The notes beneath the pieces were generated by a model, which did no database searches, was not told where the DNA came from, and worked only from the letters and a program-made list of their open reading frames with translations. A program made the position numbers and the translations under genes. Shown here piece by piece: positions 37,559-47,628 of a stretch of DNA of 64,000 nt. The stretch's first letter is position 1, and each line of letters opens with the position of its first letter. Location of the stretch: the IMG/VR virus record IMGVR_UViG_3300043410_001892, positions 248,001-312,000 of that record. One strand, 5' to 3'.

Positions 37559-38108
37559 TGACTAATGGAATCGAAATTGAATCGTGTAGTTCATCAAACA
37601 ATCTTGCGGCAAATTCAAAACACACGTTTGCTTCATCTGCCATATCATCGTTTAGCTTTTCTCTAATGGTAGCTTTAAGCTCACTGGCATTTTCAAATTT
37701 GTAATAGTTTCCTTGTCCTGGAACTTTTTGTGCAATCATTTGACCACCATACAAATCTCCCATGTGTCTAACATACAAGTGCGCCATTAGTTTTTCTTTA
37801 TCTTCGCGTATTGTAACTAAATGCTCTTTATATGCAGTAGTCACTGGCAATTCAACAGGTGGAGCATCTCCCTTAGGCCATAGTTCATAAAAATCTTCGT
37901 GTATACGCGGAGCACGTCTAATATTAGGAAGATCGTTTAACAGTCCAGCCATTGTTGCATGTGTTTCTAGCATGTCGTACATTTGAAATTGATTATACAA
38001 ATATGTTGCATATAGAGTTGGATTGATCTCTCCTGCAAAAATCATTTTAACAAATGGCTTTGATTCAACTAGATCGTGTGATGCTTTAGTTAGTTCTTTT
38101 AAACTCAT
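37551..38108 (-). CDS. ho1: heme oxygenase
   Basis: LKELTKASHDLVE, AHLYVRHMGDLYGGQMI. Confidence 0.92.
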   Translation of the reverse strand: MSLKELTKASHDLVESKPFVKMIFAGEINPTLYATYLYNQFQMYDMLETHATMAGLLNDLPNIRRAPRIHEDFYELWPKGDAPPVELPVTTAYKEHLVTIREDKEKLMAHLYVRHMGDLYGGQMIAQKVPGQGNYYKFENASELKATIREKLNDDMADEANVCFEFAARLFDELHDSISIPLVND

Positions 38109-38124
38109 TATTTCTCCAATAAGG

Positions 38125-38427
38125 TTATTCTTCTTCAAGTTTAAGTTGTAATGGGAAACCCGACGCCCTTGCAAGTGCAGTTGCTTCGACTGTTTTTATT
38201 TCTGCAATTTCAAAATTGTAAACACCTGCTACTGCAGAACCAGTTTCATGAATTTGCATAGTAATAATACCTGCAGAATTTGGGTCATGTTTAAAGATCT
38301 CCATTAGCATTGATACAACAAAATCAACCGGAGTAACATCATCGTTAAGAACGATTACTTTCCAACGTTTTGGTTCTGGTACTTGTATCTTTACTTTTTC
38401 GTCTACAGCAATATCTGTACTTGTCAT
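38125..38427 (-). CDS. clpS: Clp protease adaptor ClpS
   Basis: VIVLNDDVTPVDFVV, MQIHETG, FPLQLKLE. Confidence 0.95.
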   Translation of the reverse strand: MTSTDIAVDEKVKIQVPEPKRWKVIVLNDDVTPVDFVVSMLMEIFKHDPNSAGIITMQIHETGSAVAGVYNFEIAEIKTVEATALARASGFPLQLKLEEE

Positions 38428-38435
38428 TTGGACTC

Positions 38436-38855
38436 CTATTTAATTTGAATTTGACGAGTAATCGTCGGGGTAGGTGAAATGTGATTAAGAGTAATTGTTA
38501 GTACTCCGTCCTCAATTGTTGCACTTTGGATTTCAATATTTTCAGCTAAAGAAAAAGATTTTTCAAAATCGCGAAAACCAAGCCCTCTATGCATGTATAT
38601 TTTATTTGCTGAAGGATGCGGTTGGCTTCTTTTTCCAATAATAACAAGCTGATTACCTGTAAGATTTACAGTAATATCTTCTTTTTTAAAACCTGCGATT
38701 GCTATTTCAATAGTGTATTCACTATTATCATAATTGATTATATTGTATGGTGGGTAATTGTTAGCTGCTGAAATACATGCAGCAGTAAATAGAGAATCAA
38801 ACCCTATTAATGATTTATTGTATACTAGTAATGATAATTTGTCATCTGACGACAT
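38436..38855 (-). CDS. small heat-shock protein Hsp20/IbpA
   Basis: YPPYNI, IEIAIAGF, YMHRGLGFRDF, DGVLTI. Confidence 0.92.
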   Translation of the reverse strand: MSSDDKLSLLVYNKSLIGFDSLFTAACISAANNYPPYNIINYDNSEYTIEIAIAGFKKEDITVNLTGNQLVIIGKRSQPHPSANKIYMHRGLGFRDFEKSFSLAENIEIQSATIEDGVLTITLNHISPTPTITRQIQIK

Positions 38856-38966
38856 AAAAAAATCTCCTTATAAAAAGCGAGTACCGTTATAAACCCGTAT
38901 GGCGTTTATTTAAAATATATTATAGCATAGCTGCTGACAAATGTCAACAGCTATGCACAAGTATTG

Positions 38967-40895
38967 TTATTCAGTTTTATCTGAATCAGGATTTGCAGTT
39001 ACCTCAACTACTTCTTCAGTTGGAGTAACTTCTGAAAATTCAGCATCTACACTTTCTGCAGTTGATGAGTTAGCTTCATCTAACTCACGTTTCTTATCAA
39101 ATGCAGGTTGCGCTGCTTCGTATAGTGTTTTAATTGCTTCACCGATAGCTTCAATATCTTCACCGTCACGAGCAGTATTTAATGCAAGGAATGCATCTTC
39201 AATTGCATTGCGTTGTTCATCAGTTAGTTGATCTTTTACTTCATCATAATCTTTTCTAACTAAGTATACCTGTGTTTCAGCTTGATTTCGAGTATCGATT
39301 AGCTCTTTAGCTTTAGCATCTGCTTCTGCATTTTCTTCAGCTTCTCTAACCATACGTTTGATTTCGTCCTCAGTTAAACCTGAATCAGATTTAATAGTAA
39401 TCTTGTTTTCTTTGCCGGTATTCTTATCTTTAGCACTTACATGCATAATACCGTTAGCATCGATATCAAATGTTACTTCAATCTGTGGCATGCCACGTGG
39501 GGCTGCATCAATACCTTCTAAATTAAATTCACCAAGTTGTTTATTGTAACGATACAATTCACGTTCACCTTGTCCTACTCTAATAGTTACAGCAGGTTGG
39601 TTGTCCTCTGCAGTTGAGAATGTTTGGCTTGCTTTAGTTGGGATAGTTGTGTTTTTAGTAATTAGTTTAGTAAATACACCACCCATTGTTTCAATACCTA
39701 AACTTAGTGGAGTAACGTCAAGTAACAATACGTCAGTTTTGTCACCTGCTAATACCGCACCTTGAATAGCTGCACCAGCTGCAACTGCTTCGTCTGGGTT
39801 AACATCTTTACGTGGTGCTTTTCCAAAGAATGCTTCAACAGCTTCTTGTACTTTAGGCATACGTGTTTGTCCACCTACTAAAATTACTTCGTCAATATCT
39901 GACAAATCAACTTTAGCATCTGCAACTGCAATTTTACAAGGTTCAATTGAACGTTGAATTAAATCATCAACTAGACCTTCAAACTTAGCACGAGTTACAG
40001 TTACGTTTAAGTGTTTAGGACCAGTGGCATCTGCAGTAACATATGGTAAGTTGACATTAGTTTGTGCAGTGCTTGATAACTCAATTTTAGCTTTTTCAGC
40101 AGCTTCTTTTAAACGTTGTAATGCCATTGTATCGGATTTAAGATCAACACCAGAATCTTTCTTAAATTCATCGATTAAATGATCCATTAAACGTTGGTCA
40201 AAGTCTTCACCGCCTAAGAATGTATCACCGTTTGTTGATAATACTTCAATTTGTTTATCACCGTCAACATTAGCGATTTCAATAATACTAATATCAAAAG
40301 TACCACCACCTAAGTCAAATACAGCAACTTTGCGGTCTTTCTTATCAGACTTATCAACACCATAACTTAATGCTGCGGCTGTTGGTTCATTAATAATACG
40401 CAATACTTCTAATCCAGCAATACGTCCTGCGTCTTTAGTTGCTTGACGTTGTGAATCGTTAAAGTATGCAGGTACAGTAATAACTGCTTGAGTTACTTCT
40501 TTACCTAAATAGTCTTCTGCAGTTTTTTTCATCTTACGTAAGATTTCTGCAGATACTTGTGGTGGAGCTAATTTTTCACCGTTCGCTTCTACCCATGCAT
40601 CGCCATTGTCAGCTTTAATAATACTGTACGGCATTAAGTCAATATCTTTCTGTACAGCTGACTCGTCGAATTTACGACCAATGAGACGCTTAACAGCATA
40701 TAATGTGTTTTTTGGATTTGTTACTGATTGACGTTTTGCTGCAGCACCAACTAAAATTTCTTCTGGTGTGTATGCGATGATTGAAGGGGTAGTACGTGTA
40801 CCTTCTGCGTTTTCAATTACTTTAGCAATTCCGTTTTCTAAGATTGCTACGCAGCTGTTTGTTGTACCTAAGTCGATTCCGATAATTTTGCTCAT
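38967..40895 (-). CDS. dnaK: chaperone DnaK
   Basis: [37 protein letters not shown]. Confidence 0.98.
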   Translation of the reverse strand: MSKIIGIDLGTTNSCVAILENGIAKVIENAEGTRTTPSIIAYTPEEILVGAAAKRQSVTNPKNTLYAVKRLIGRKFDESAVQKDIDLMPYSIIKADNGDAWVEANGEKLAPPQVSAEILRKMKKTAEDYLGKEVTQAVITVPAYFNDSQRQATKDAGRIAGLEVLRIINEPTAAALSYGVDKSDKKDRKVAVFDLGGGTFDISIIEIANVDGDKQIEVLSTNGDTFLGGEDFDQRLMDHLIDEFKKDSGVDLKSDTMALQRLKEAAEKAKIELSSTAQTNVNLPYVTADATGPKHLNVTVTRAKFEGLVDDLIQRSIEPCKIAVADAKVDLSDIDEVILVGGQTRMPKVQEAVEAFFGKAPRKDVNPDEAVAAGAAIQGAVLAGDKTDVLLLDVTPLSLGIETMGGVFTKLITKNTTIPTKASQTFSTAEDNQPAVTIRVGQGERELYRYNKQLGEFNLEGIDAAPRGMPQIEVTFDIDANGIMHVSAKDKNTGKENKITIKSDSGLTEDEIKRMVREAEENAEADAKAKELIDTRNQAETQVYLVRKDYDEVKDQLTDEQRNAIEDAFLALNTARDGEDIEAIGEAIKTLYEAAQPAFDKKRELDEANSSTAESVDAEFSEVTPTEEVVEVTANPDSDKTE

Positions 40896-41022
40896 TGTAA
40901 TTCTCCTATATATTAAGCGAGTAATGTTGTGGACACCATGTCCGTGTATTAAACCCTATTGGCATTTAATACGTTTTTATTTATCATTTTGAAATAAAAA
41001 TATTTCAAAAATGATTTATTTT

Positions 41023-41250
41023 TCATAATTTTTTAAATACTGGCATTTGATTTGTCATTTCTATAAACTTGTACTTATTTGGGTTAAAACGATTTTTAAT
41101 GTCGTTTTTGGGATTTCTAATATTTACTGGCATTCGCTCAATTGAACGACCGCGATTATCAATAATCATGTACCATAGTAACCCAACACTTGTATCAGCT
41201 GGAAATGAATCCAGCTGAGTTTTAAATAAAGCATGATATTTTAGTTTCAT
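41023..41250 (-). CDS. hypothetical protein
   Basis: 75 aa ORF within the operon. Confidence 0.45.
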   Translation of the reverse strand: MKLKYHALFKTQLDSFPADTSVGLLWYMIIDNRGRSIERMPVNIRNPKNDIKNRFNPNKYKFIEMTNQMPVFKKL

Positions 41251-41807
41251 TTGTATTTCTTAAATGGATTGATACCGTGTTCCATAAGTACTTGTGATAC
41301 ATTCTGTACACCAATCGCTTGTGCTACAGCATCTTCTACAGCATTGTGAGCTGTAACTGGTGGCATATTTGGATCAATACCTAAATCAAAATATGTACGA
41401 ACATCTCGAATAGCCCAGTACTTCCAAGGTGCAGCGCGATTTAATGCATTATAATAAGTGTCGCATACTACAATATCAAATCCAGCACCGTTTGACCAAA
41501 AGCAACTTGCACCCCATGAAAATTTATGTAGTTGAGTAAATGCATCAACTACTGGTATTCTACCTTCTTCAGTAAATGCTTCGTCTTGTGCTTCTTGTGA
41601 TTGTTTAGACCACCATTCAATTGTGCCATCGTCAATATGCATTCCAAGATTGCCTGAATCTTCAAGGCTTACTCTAATGTATAATTTATCTTTTTCTTCA
41701 ATTGGATCATTGCCTAATGGGTCAAATCTAACTGCACCAATTGTTAGAATAGTTGCATTAGTTTGTGTAGATAATGTTTCAAGGTCCAGCATGATATGAT
41801 TTTTCAT
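41247..41807 (-). CDS. DEDDh 3'-5' exo(ribo)nuclease
   Basis: IMLDLETL, WSNGAGFD, RDVRT, HNAVEDA. Confidence 0.9.
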   Translation of the reverse strand: MKNHIMLDLETLSTQTNATILTIGAVRFDPLGNDPIEEKDKLYIRVSLEDSGNLGMHIDDGTIEWWSKQSQEAQDEAFTEEGRIPVVDAFTQLHKFSWGASCFWSNGAGFDIVVCDTYYNALNRAAPWKYWAIRDVRTYFDLGIDPNMPPVTAHNAVEDAVAQAIGVQNVSQVLMEHGINPFKKYK

Positions 41808-41810
41808 TTA

Positions 41811-42518
41811 TTATCCTTTTAGTAGTGTAAGAGTTTCGTCAATATATTCATGATAGTTTGATAGTGTATAAGCCCAACGATCACATAAAAACTCATAAAC
41901 ATTATCATTGTACGGAATACCATACATTGCTATGACGTTATCTGACTCTACAGCTTTTTCTAATGCCGGAGTCCAGTGAGCTATACGCTGTGCAATTTCT
42001 TTTTCAGTGTTGCATGGAAACTTCTCGTACATATCAAGTGTAGGATCATCAAGCAATTCTTGACATTTAGAGTAAAACCAAATAGCAGCATCAATCCATT
42101 TTGGTCCTAATTCTTTAAAACCAGTTTGCCAAATAGTAGAATACTTTTTCTTAAAATTAGGATATGGAGATTTATCTGCAATACTTTGTATTTTAACCCA
42201 ATACATGCTAGGATCGTAATTAGAGCGTTCGCTGTCTAATGCAACATATTTAGCTTTATGATCGTGTCGATTAAAATACCCGTTATACACATCTTCTTCT
42301 GTCAGAAGTTGTAATGCTCGTTCTTTATCAAAGGGTGCATAAGTTACTTCTTCAATCAAGTCTGCATCGTTGTTAATACCATTGCCTAATACATTTAGCA
42401 ATTGATCAAAGACTTTAAATTTTGCATCTTCAAATGATTTACTAACAAATAGACTAGGATATTTAATTACTCGAGATAATACGTAATCATCTGGAGTGTA
42501 AAAATTAGAATGTGTCAT
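41811..42518 (-). CDS. hypothetical protein
   Basis: 235 aa ORF. Confidence 0.55.
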   Translation of the reverse strand: MTHSNFYTPDDYVLSRVIKYPSLFVSKSFEDAKFKVFDQLLNVLGNGINNDADLIEEVTYAPFDKERALQLLTEEDVYNGYFNRHDHKAKYVALDSERSNYDPSMYWVKIQSIADKSPYPNFKKKYSTIWQTGFKELGPKWIDAAIWFYSKCQELLDDPTLDMYEKFPCNTEKEIAQRIAHWTPALEKAVESDNVIAMYGIPYNDNVYEFLCDRWAYTLSNYHEYIDETLTLLKG

Positions 42519-42768
42519 AAGTGTAAGAGCTCCCCCAACCTAATAAAAGTCCAAAAATAATAATATAATTTAAATCATGTCCGTCATACCAATCGGTACT
42601 AAACCGTTGAAACCAGTTTGGTCGAACTCCTATTGTAACATACGAAAAATTCCAACTAGCGTATGCTACGTGATCATGCTTGCGTATTCCTTTATGGAAT
42701 TTTTGATTAAAACTTATTGTAATCGATTTGTCATGTATTAACAATACTTCTGGTTTTTCAAACAACAT
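42505..42768 (-). CDS. hypothetical protein
   Basis: 87 aa ORF overlapping its neighbours. Confidence 0.45.
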   Translation of the reverse strand: MLFEKPEVLLIHDKSITISFNQKFHKGIRKHDHVAYASWNFSYVTIGVRPNWFQRFSTDWYDGHDLNYIIIFGLLLGWGSSYTYDTF

Positions 42769-43090
42769 CTATTGTCCTCACAGGTCGAATGATTGCAGTT
42801 AAATGTGGAAACAGCCAATGTTTAAAACCATCTTGATGTTGTTTAAAGTGTTTTATTTTTACACAACCATTGGTGTGATTTATTTTATTTGATAAGTACC
42901 ATCCAGATAAATCGTAATCTACATACGTATGGATATATACTAATTCAGCATAAGTTGGAACTCGCCAACCTCGTTTACCGTCAACTGTAAGCATAAAGCA
43001 ATATAGCATTGCTTGCTCATATGATAGTTCTGTCTCAGTGTGCTTTGGAGCGATTTCTATATTCATTTTTAACAAGTTCACGTTTAGCAT
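42758..43090 (-). CDS. DUF1566/Lcl-like domain protein
   Basis: SYEQAMLYC...GWRVPTYAEL. Confidence 0.65.
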   Translation of the reverse strand: MLNVNLLKMNIEIAPKHTETELSYEQAMLYCFMLTVDGKRGWRVPTYAELVYIHTYVDYDLSGWYLSNKINHTNGCVKIKHFKQHQDGFKHWLFPHLTAIIRPVRTIDVV

Positions 43091-43382
43091 TAGCCTTAGC
43101 TTTTAGGGCATTTTGTAATCTTTCGTATTTGAGTCGTAACGGAGATTTACATTGTTCCATTAAGTGCATAGGCATTTGGCATTTACCTGTTGTTTGGTAG
43201 AAATCAGGTTTGCCCCATTTACTTTCTGGCAAATCATATTCAATTGGAGCAATTACTGTTGGTAATGGCTGTACTGGATTTGCTGCTGCATATTTTTGAA
43301 GAATAGGAGTAATATCTATATCGTCATCAACATTTGCATGTGCTGAACTTACTAATAATAACGCCAGAAAGTATTTTTTCAT
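43035..43382 (-). CDS. secreted hypothetical protein
   Basis: signal peptide MKKYFLALLLVSSAHA. Confidence 0.55.
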   Translation of the reverse strand: MKKYFLALLLVSSAHANVDDDIDITPILQKYAAANPVQPLPTVIAPIEYDLPESKWGKPDFYQTTGKCQMPMHLMEQCKSPLRLKYERLQNALKAKANAKRELVKNEYRNRSKAH

Positions 43383-43385
43383 ATA

Positions 43386-43760
43386 TCACCAAGTAATCGT
43401 TAGTTTATTTGCTTGAGTAAATTGTTCTGATTTGAATTCAGAGCAAGCTACATGATATCCGTAACTTGCTAACTTCTCAACAAGTGGTTCAAAAAACTTG
43501 TTGTGTTCATAAAACTTTACAAGTGTCTCGTGTGCTTCCCATAAAAAATCAACACCAGATTCACGTTGTGGTCTAGAAAGCTTTGGACTAAAGAAACCAG
43601 GTGGTTGTTTAATCTTTTCATAAAGAACAAGTGTAAATTGATTGGTGTTTGGACTAGTTCTAACTTGATGGATACGTAACAGCTTATCAAGCTCTCTCAT
43701 AAATAACCAAATCTCGTGATCAAGATTGGTGTATTTCTTTAGTTCCCATGAATTAATCAT
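43386..43760 (-). CDS. hypothetical protein
   Basis: ORF within the operon. Confidence 0.5.
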   Translation of the reverse strand: MINSWELKKYTNLDHEIWLFMRELDKLLRIHQVRTSPNTNQFTLVLYEKIKQPPGFFSPKLSRPQRESGVDFLWEAHETLVKFYEHNKFFEPLVEKLASYGYHVACSEFKSEQFTQANKLTITW

Positions 43761-44251
43761 TACTCCTCCCAAACGTTTGGTAATCTGCTTTTGTTACGGA
43801 TTGCAGTATAAATGTTGATATTCTCGTTATCTGCAAAGTGAATTAGTTTGTTGATAATATCAGTACCAACTAAAAAGTCAGCATTATCAATAACAAGTAT
43901 ATTTGATTTACTTTCACTGACATTATCGATGCCTTTATAGAGTTCAAATAAGTATGGAATCATTTCTCCATTGTAAATCTCATGTGTAGCTTTTACTGCT
44001 GCACTCATTGTACTTTCAATAACGTGAATAAGCTCAACATTTGAGTTTGCATCGTTAAACCGATTTTTAATCCCTGTATCTGTTTCTATACTAAGGTACA
44101 CTACGCGGTTACCTCTTAACGATTCATGAGCAGCTGCATTCGCAAGTAACGTAGTAACGCCTACTTCTTTTTTTGAAAAATCATAGATCATAACTTTGTT
44201 GCGTGATTCTACACCGTTGTTCATAGATCTAAATGAGACTTTTTGTATCAT
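43760..44251 (-). CDS. degenerate RecA/DnaB-like P-loop protein
   Basis: VGVTTLL, VVYLSIE, ILVIDNADFL. Confidence 0.5.
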   Translation of the reverse strand: MIQKVSFRSMNNGVESRNKVMIYDFSKKEVGVTTLLANAAAHESLRGNRVVYLSIETDTGIKNRFNDANSNVELIHVIESTMSAAVKATHEIYNGEMIPYLFELYKGIDNVSESKSNILVIDNADFLVGTDIINKLIHFADNENINIYTAIRNKSRLPNVWEE

Positions 44252-44446
44252 ATGGACTCCTAATTAAAAATATATTATACTATAGTTTGCATAAGAAGTC
44301 AAACTTTATGAAATAAAATCTGTAGAGTAAATGCAAATAGCCCAAATGTAATAAGAGATCCACCTACAATTGGATTACCTCCTAATAATAAAAGAACAAT
44401 ACCAATAAATGATATTAAGTTAAGAATGATAGTAACAGTAAAGTCG

Positions 44447-44746
44447 CTAACCATGTTTGCACCTCGAGTGTTTGCGGTTATGAATCCATAACCATATATT
44501 GTGTAAGTAGATACTTGAAACAATTCCAAAAGCACCACCTAATACAAACACTATGCTTTCAAGTGTAGATGCATTAGGTGCTAATTTAAAAAGAACTAAT
44601 TGACAAGTACCAATCATTAAGGATGTAACGAATGCTGCTATCACATGTTTATCACGTACAATTTGTGACTGAAAGCCTAACAGTAGTACAACACTGTAGG
44701 ATGAGAAGAACAACATCAATAAAGTTTCCATAACCCTCCTAATCAA
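44447..44746 (-). CDS. small multi-pass membrane protein
   Basis: three hydrophobic segments. Confidence 0.5.
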   Translation of the reverse strand: MIRRVMETLLMLFFSSYSVVLLLGFQSQIVRDKHVIAAFVTSLMIGTCQLVLFKLAPNASTLESIVFVLGGAFGIVSSIYLHNIWLWIHNRKHSRCKHG

Positions 44747-44768
44747 AACAGACCAAATAGTATTTCAA

Positions 44769-44999
44769 TCATTCGTTAGCTGATTGTTTACGTTTCTTAA
44801 TAACCTTCTTTGCTCTCCAACCAATGTGGAACCAATGACGTGCTATCATAAAATTAGAAGAAGGTTTAAGAGCATCCTCATCTAACTCAATCAACTGATG
44901 TTCGCACAAGCTCTTAAAATACTTCCACTGTTTATCTGTAAGTGGTCCTTGAAGTTGTTTATCTAATTGTTTTTCTAAATCTTTTTTCATTAAATGCAC
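44769..44999 (-). CDS. hypothetical protein
   Basis: 76 aa ORF. Confidence 0.45.
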   Translation of the reverse strand: MHLMKKDLEKQLDKQLQGPLTDKQWKYFKSLCEHQLIELDEDALKPSSNFMIARHWFHIGWRAKKVIKKRKQSANE

Positions 45000-46084
45000 T
45001 CCCGTGAATATTCATGTAAATGGTTGTTTAAAAAGTATTTGGCATACGCAGGTTCTTGACCTTTAAACTTCATCATTAGTAGCCAAAATAGTGGATGTGT
45101 GTTGTATGTTAAAGCAAACTCTTTGAATTGACCAGTTTCGATACCGCAAGTTGCAACTGTAGTATTCACTTCTTCAATAATCTCAGAAAGTGTTTTATTA
45201 ACTCGTGTTTCAATTGCAGATACTTTGTCAAACAAATCTAAATCGCCAACTGATGTACAGTATGATTTAAAATCGTCTACAGTTTCGTCAATAACCATTT
45301 CGGCTATGTTTTTCTCTGTAGTAAATGTTACGCTGCCATGTAATGACAAATACCAAGCAGTTTTTAATTTAATCATTTCACCGTTATTAAACTGCATGAC
45401 CCAACCTTCAATACCGGAAACTGTTGCTGCATCGTGTTTAATCTTATGAATATCAACATCAGAAAATACATCAACGATAGGAATATTCCAATCGTATGCA
45501 TAATCTACAATTTCTTGACGAGTTGCATATTTGCCAGTTTCATTATGTCTAACTGCTAACAATACAAGCTCAGTTTCTTTATACGAAACTACAATACGAT
45601 TACTTGGAGAAGTAATTTCAAATATTGGAGTATAGCCAAGTTTGCATAAGTGTAACGAAAAGTTGTATTGTGGAGTATTAGGACCAAAGGTATCATTAAC
45701 AAGTACTGCTGGATCTGATGTAAATGATCTTTTAGTTTTAAACTTAATAGTTTCATCTTCAAATAAAACAGGACTAATCATAGATCCGTCACGTTTATCC
45801 ATAAATGATGAAATTGTAGACCAATCAACATTTTTTTCTAATGTTGATTCACGTTCACCTAAGTTAAAAAATTTGTGTAACGGACGTGAAACTAATTTGC
45901 CGTTTCTATCAAATGTAATACCGCGGCATTCTCTTGCGTAAGGGTTTTGAAAAACTTTACTATCTAAAATATAGTAAGACGCAATAGTATAACCACCAGG
46001 AACAGTTATAAATTCAATGCCAGGTATTTCACCTACATTAGCTTTAAACTCTTCTAAGTTAGTTATAGTTGGGAAAATGCTCAT
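44990..46084 (-). CDS. RNA ligase, T4 Rnl1-like
   Basis: RECRGITF, KFFNLGE, KRDGSMI, IFEITSPSNRIVV, EGWV, KLKTAWY. Confidence 0.92.
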   Translation of the reverse strand: MSIFPTITNLEEFKANVGEIPGIEFITVPGGYTIASYYILDSKVFQNPYARECRGITFDRNGKLVSRPLHKFFNLGERESTLEKNVDWSTISSFMDKRDGSMISPVLFEDETIKFKTKRSFTSDPAVLVNDTFGPNTPQYNFSLHLCKLGYTPIFEITSPSNRIVVSYKETELVLLAVRHNETGKYATRQEIVDYAYDWNIPIVDVFSDVDIHKIKHDAATVSGIEGWVMQFNNGEMIKLKTAWYLSLHGSVTFTTEKNIAEMVIDETVDDFKSYCTSVGDLDLFDKVSAIETRVNKTLSEIIEEVNTTVATCGIETGQFKEFALTYNTHPLFWLLMMKFKGQEPAYAKYFLNNHLHEYSRECI

Positions 46085-46087
46085 ATA

Positions 46088-46678
46088 TTAGTTTCCTCCG
46101 TCTTCATCGTTGCTGTCGTCATAAAAATCATCGTAGAAATCATCGTGCGTTTTATGGTCATTGACTGGTTTCTTGTTTTTACATAAATCTTGAATAACAT
46201 CTACAAGTGATTCGCCTGCTTCAAATCTTTTAGTGTAATGATCGATACTAATTCGAAACTTACGCGGAGATGGATTGATAAACTCTGCATATTCTGAACA
46301 AGCAGCATGTATTCTTCCTAGTCTGCGGTTTAGCTGGTCTCTATTAGTATTGATCTGTTTAATAACATCTTCAAGTTTTAACGATCTAAGCAGTGGATGC
46401 GATCGATAAACTTCAAATGCAACTTTAGTCTCTCGTTCTGTTTGTTCTTTGTCATCTGATACAATTGCATCAAGAAACACATTGTTGATTATTATAAGCC
46501 CGTACCATCGTCGGGATGGATAAGCATCTTCAATTAAGTAATATGACCCGCAAGGTGGATTAGTGCCATCTTCATAATTAGGAGCGTTATCTCCAATATG
46601 ATATGACCGTAATGCATTGTCAAGTTTTTTGGTTTGCACTTCTACATCTTCTACGTAGAAAGAGTCGAACATTCCCAT
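46088..46678 (-). CDS. hypothetical protein
   Basis: MGMFD start typical of phage hypotheticals. Confidence 0.55.
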   Translation of the reverse strand: MGMFDSFYVEDVEVQTKKLDNALRSYHIGDNAPNYEDGTNPPCGSYYLIEDAYPSRRWYGLIIINNVFLDAIVSDDKEQTERETKVAFEVYRSHPLLRSLKLEDVIKQINTNRDQLNRRLGRIHAACSEYAEFINPSPRKFRISIDHYTKRFEAGESLVDVIQDLCKNKKPVNDHKTHDDFYDDFYDDSNDEDGGN

Positions 46679-46827
46679 TGTATTGTCCTAAAAGTATAAA
46701 GTTAAGATTGTAATAATAATTGGTATAGCTATTGACACAGCTAAAATAATGATGTCGTTTATAAGCATAAATGAACTCCTTATGTTTTGTATATTATATT
46801 ATAATAAAGTATAAAATGCAAGAAATA

Positions 46828-46852
46828 AAAAAGCCGCATAATGCGGCTTTTT
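46828..46852 (-). terminator. intrinsic terminator
   Basis: AAAAAGCCGC-ATAAT-GCGGCTTTT. Confidence 0.7.
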
Positions 46853-46853
46853 A

Positions 46854-47627
46854 TTAAATGCTTGTACTTTCGATGAATTTTAAAGTTTTAATTAAATTTT
46901 GATATTTCTTAGGAGATAAGTAATCTGCCAATGCTATTGAATTGTGTCCTGAAACATATTGAGATAAGTTACTTGTACTACTCATATCTTTAATGTCGTT
47001 TTCTATGTACTTGTTGTTTATCTTAACTATTGTACCAGTAGTTGATTTAATATCTACTAAATTACGACCAATATGCACATCAGTTGGCGCAGCACCTATT
47101 TTTTGAGCAAATTGAATTAATTCTATTGCAGCCTTAGGTTTAATAATATAACCATAAGCACCCCACACAAATTCACCAACGCCGTGCCATGTACCTTTAG
47201 CAGGTGGGTCATAAACATCTATAGGTTGATTTATACTACTATGTACTTTATTTGTGTAATCAGCAATAAACGGATCGTATGGATCTAATTTTAAAACCCC
47301 ATCAAACTTTTCTAATATGTTATCAGGTACATCACGAATAAAAATTCCATCGTGTTCTAGAATAATAATAGGTTCATTTAGTTTTACACATTTAATCCAT
47401 AATTCAAAATGACTTAAAAAGCATCCTTGATGTCCTGGATTATCGATAAGATCTCGTGTTAAGAATCTAGTAATATTATATTCTTTAAACTTACTAGCAG
47501 AGTTATATCCTAATACACCTGGGTGTACTTCAATATCAATATTATGAAAACGAGCAGCCGCAATTGATTCCTCACCAATTGCGCGGCTGTGTTCACATTC
47601 TTGTAAAATGATTACAAATGCTTTCAT
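46854..47627 (-). CDS. glycosyltransferase family 25-like
   Basis: GCFLSHFELW, IIILEHDG, GAYGYIIKPKAA. Confidence 0.85.
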   Translation of the reverse strand: MKAFVIILQECEHSRAIGEESIAAARFHNIDIEVHPGVLGYNSASKFKEYNITRFLTRDLIDNPGHQGCFLSHFELWIKCVKLNEPIIILEHDGIFIRDVPDNILEKFDGVLKLDPYDPFIADYTNKVHSSINQPIDVYDPPAKGTWHGVGEFVWGAYGYIIKPKAAIELIQFAQKIGAAPTDVHIGRNLVDIKSTTGTIVKINNKYIENDIKDMSSTSNLSQYVSGHNSIALADYLSPKKYQNLIKTLKFIESTSI

Positions 47628-47628
47628 A

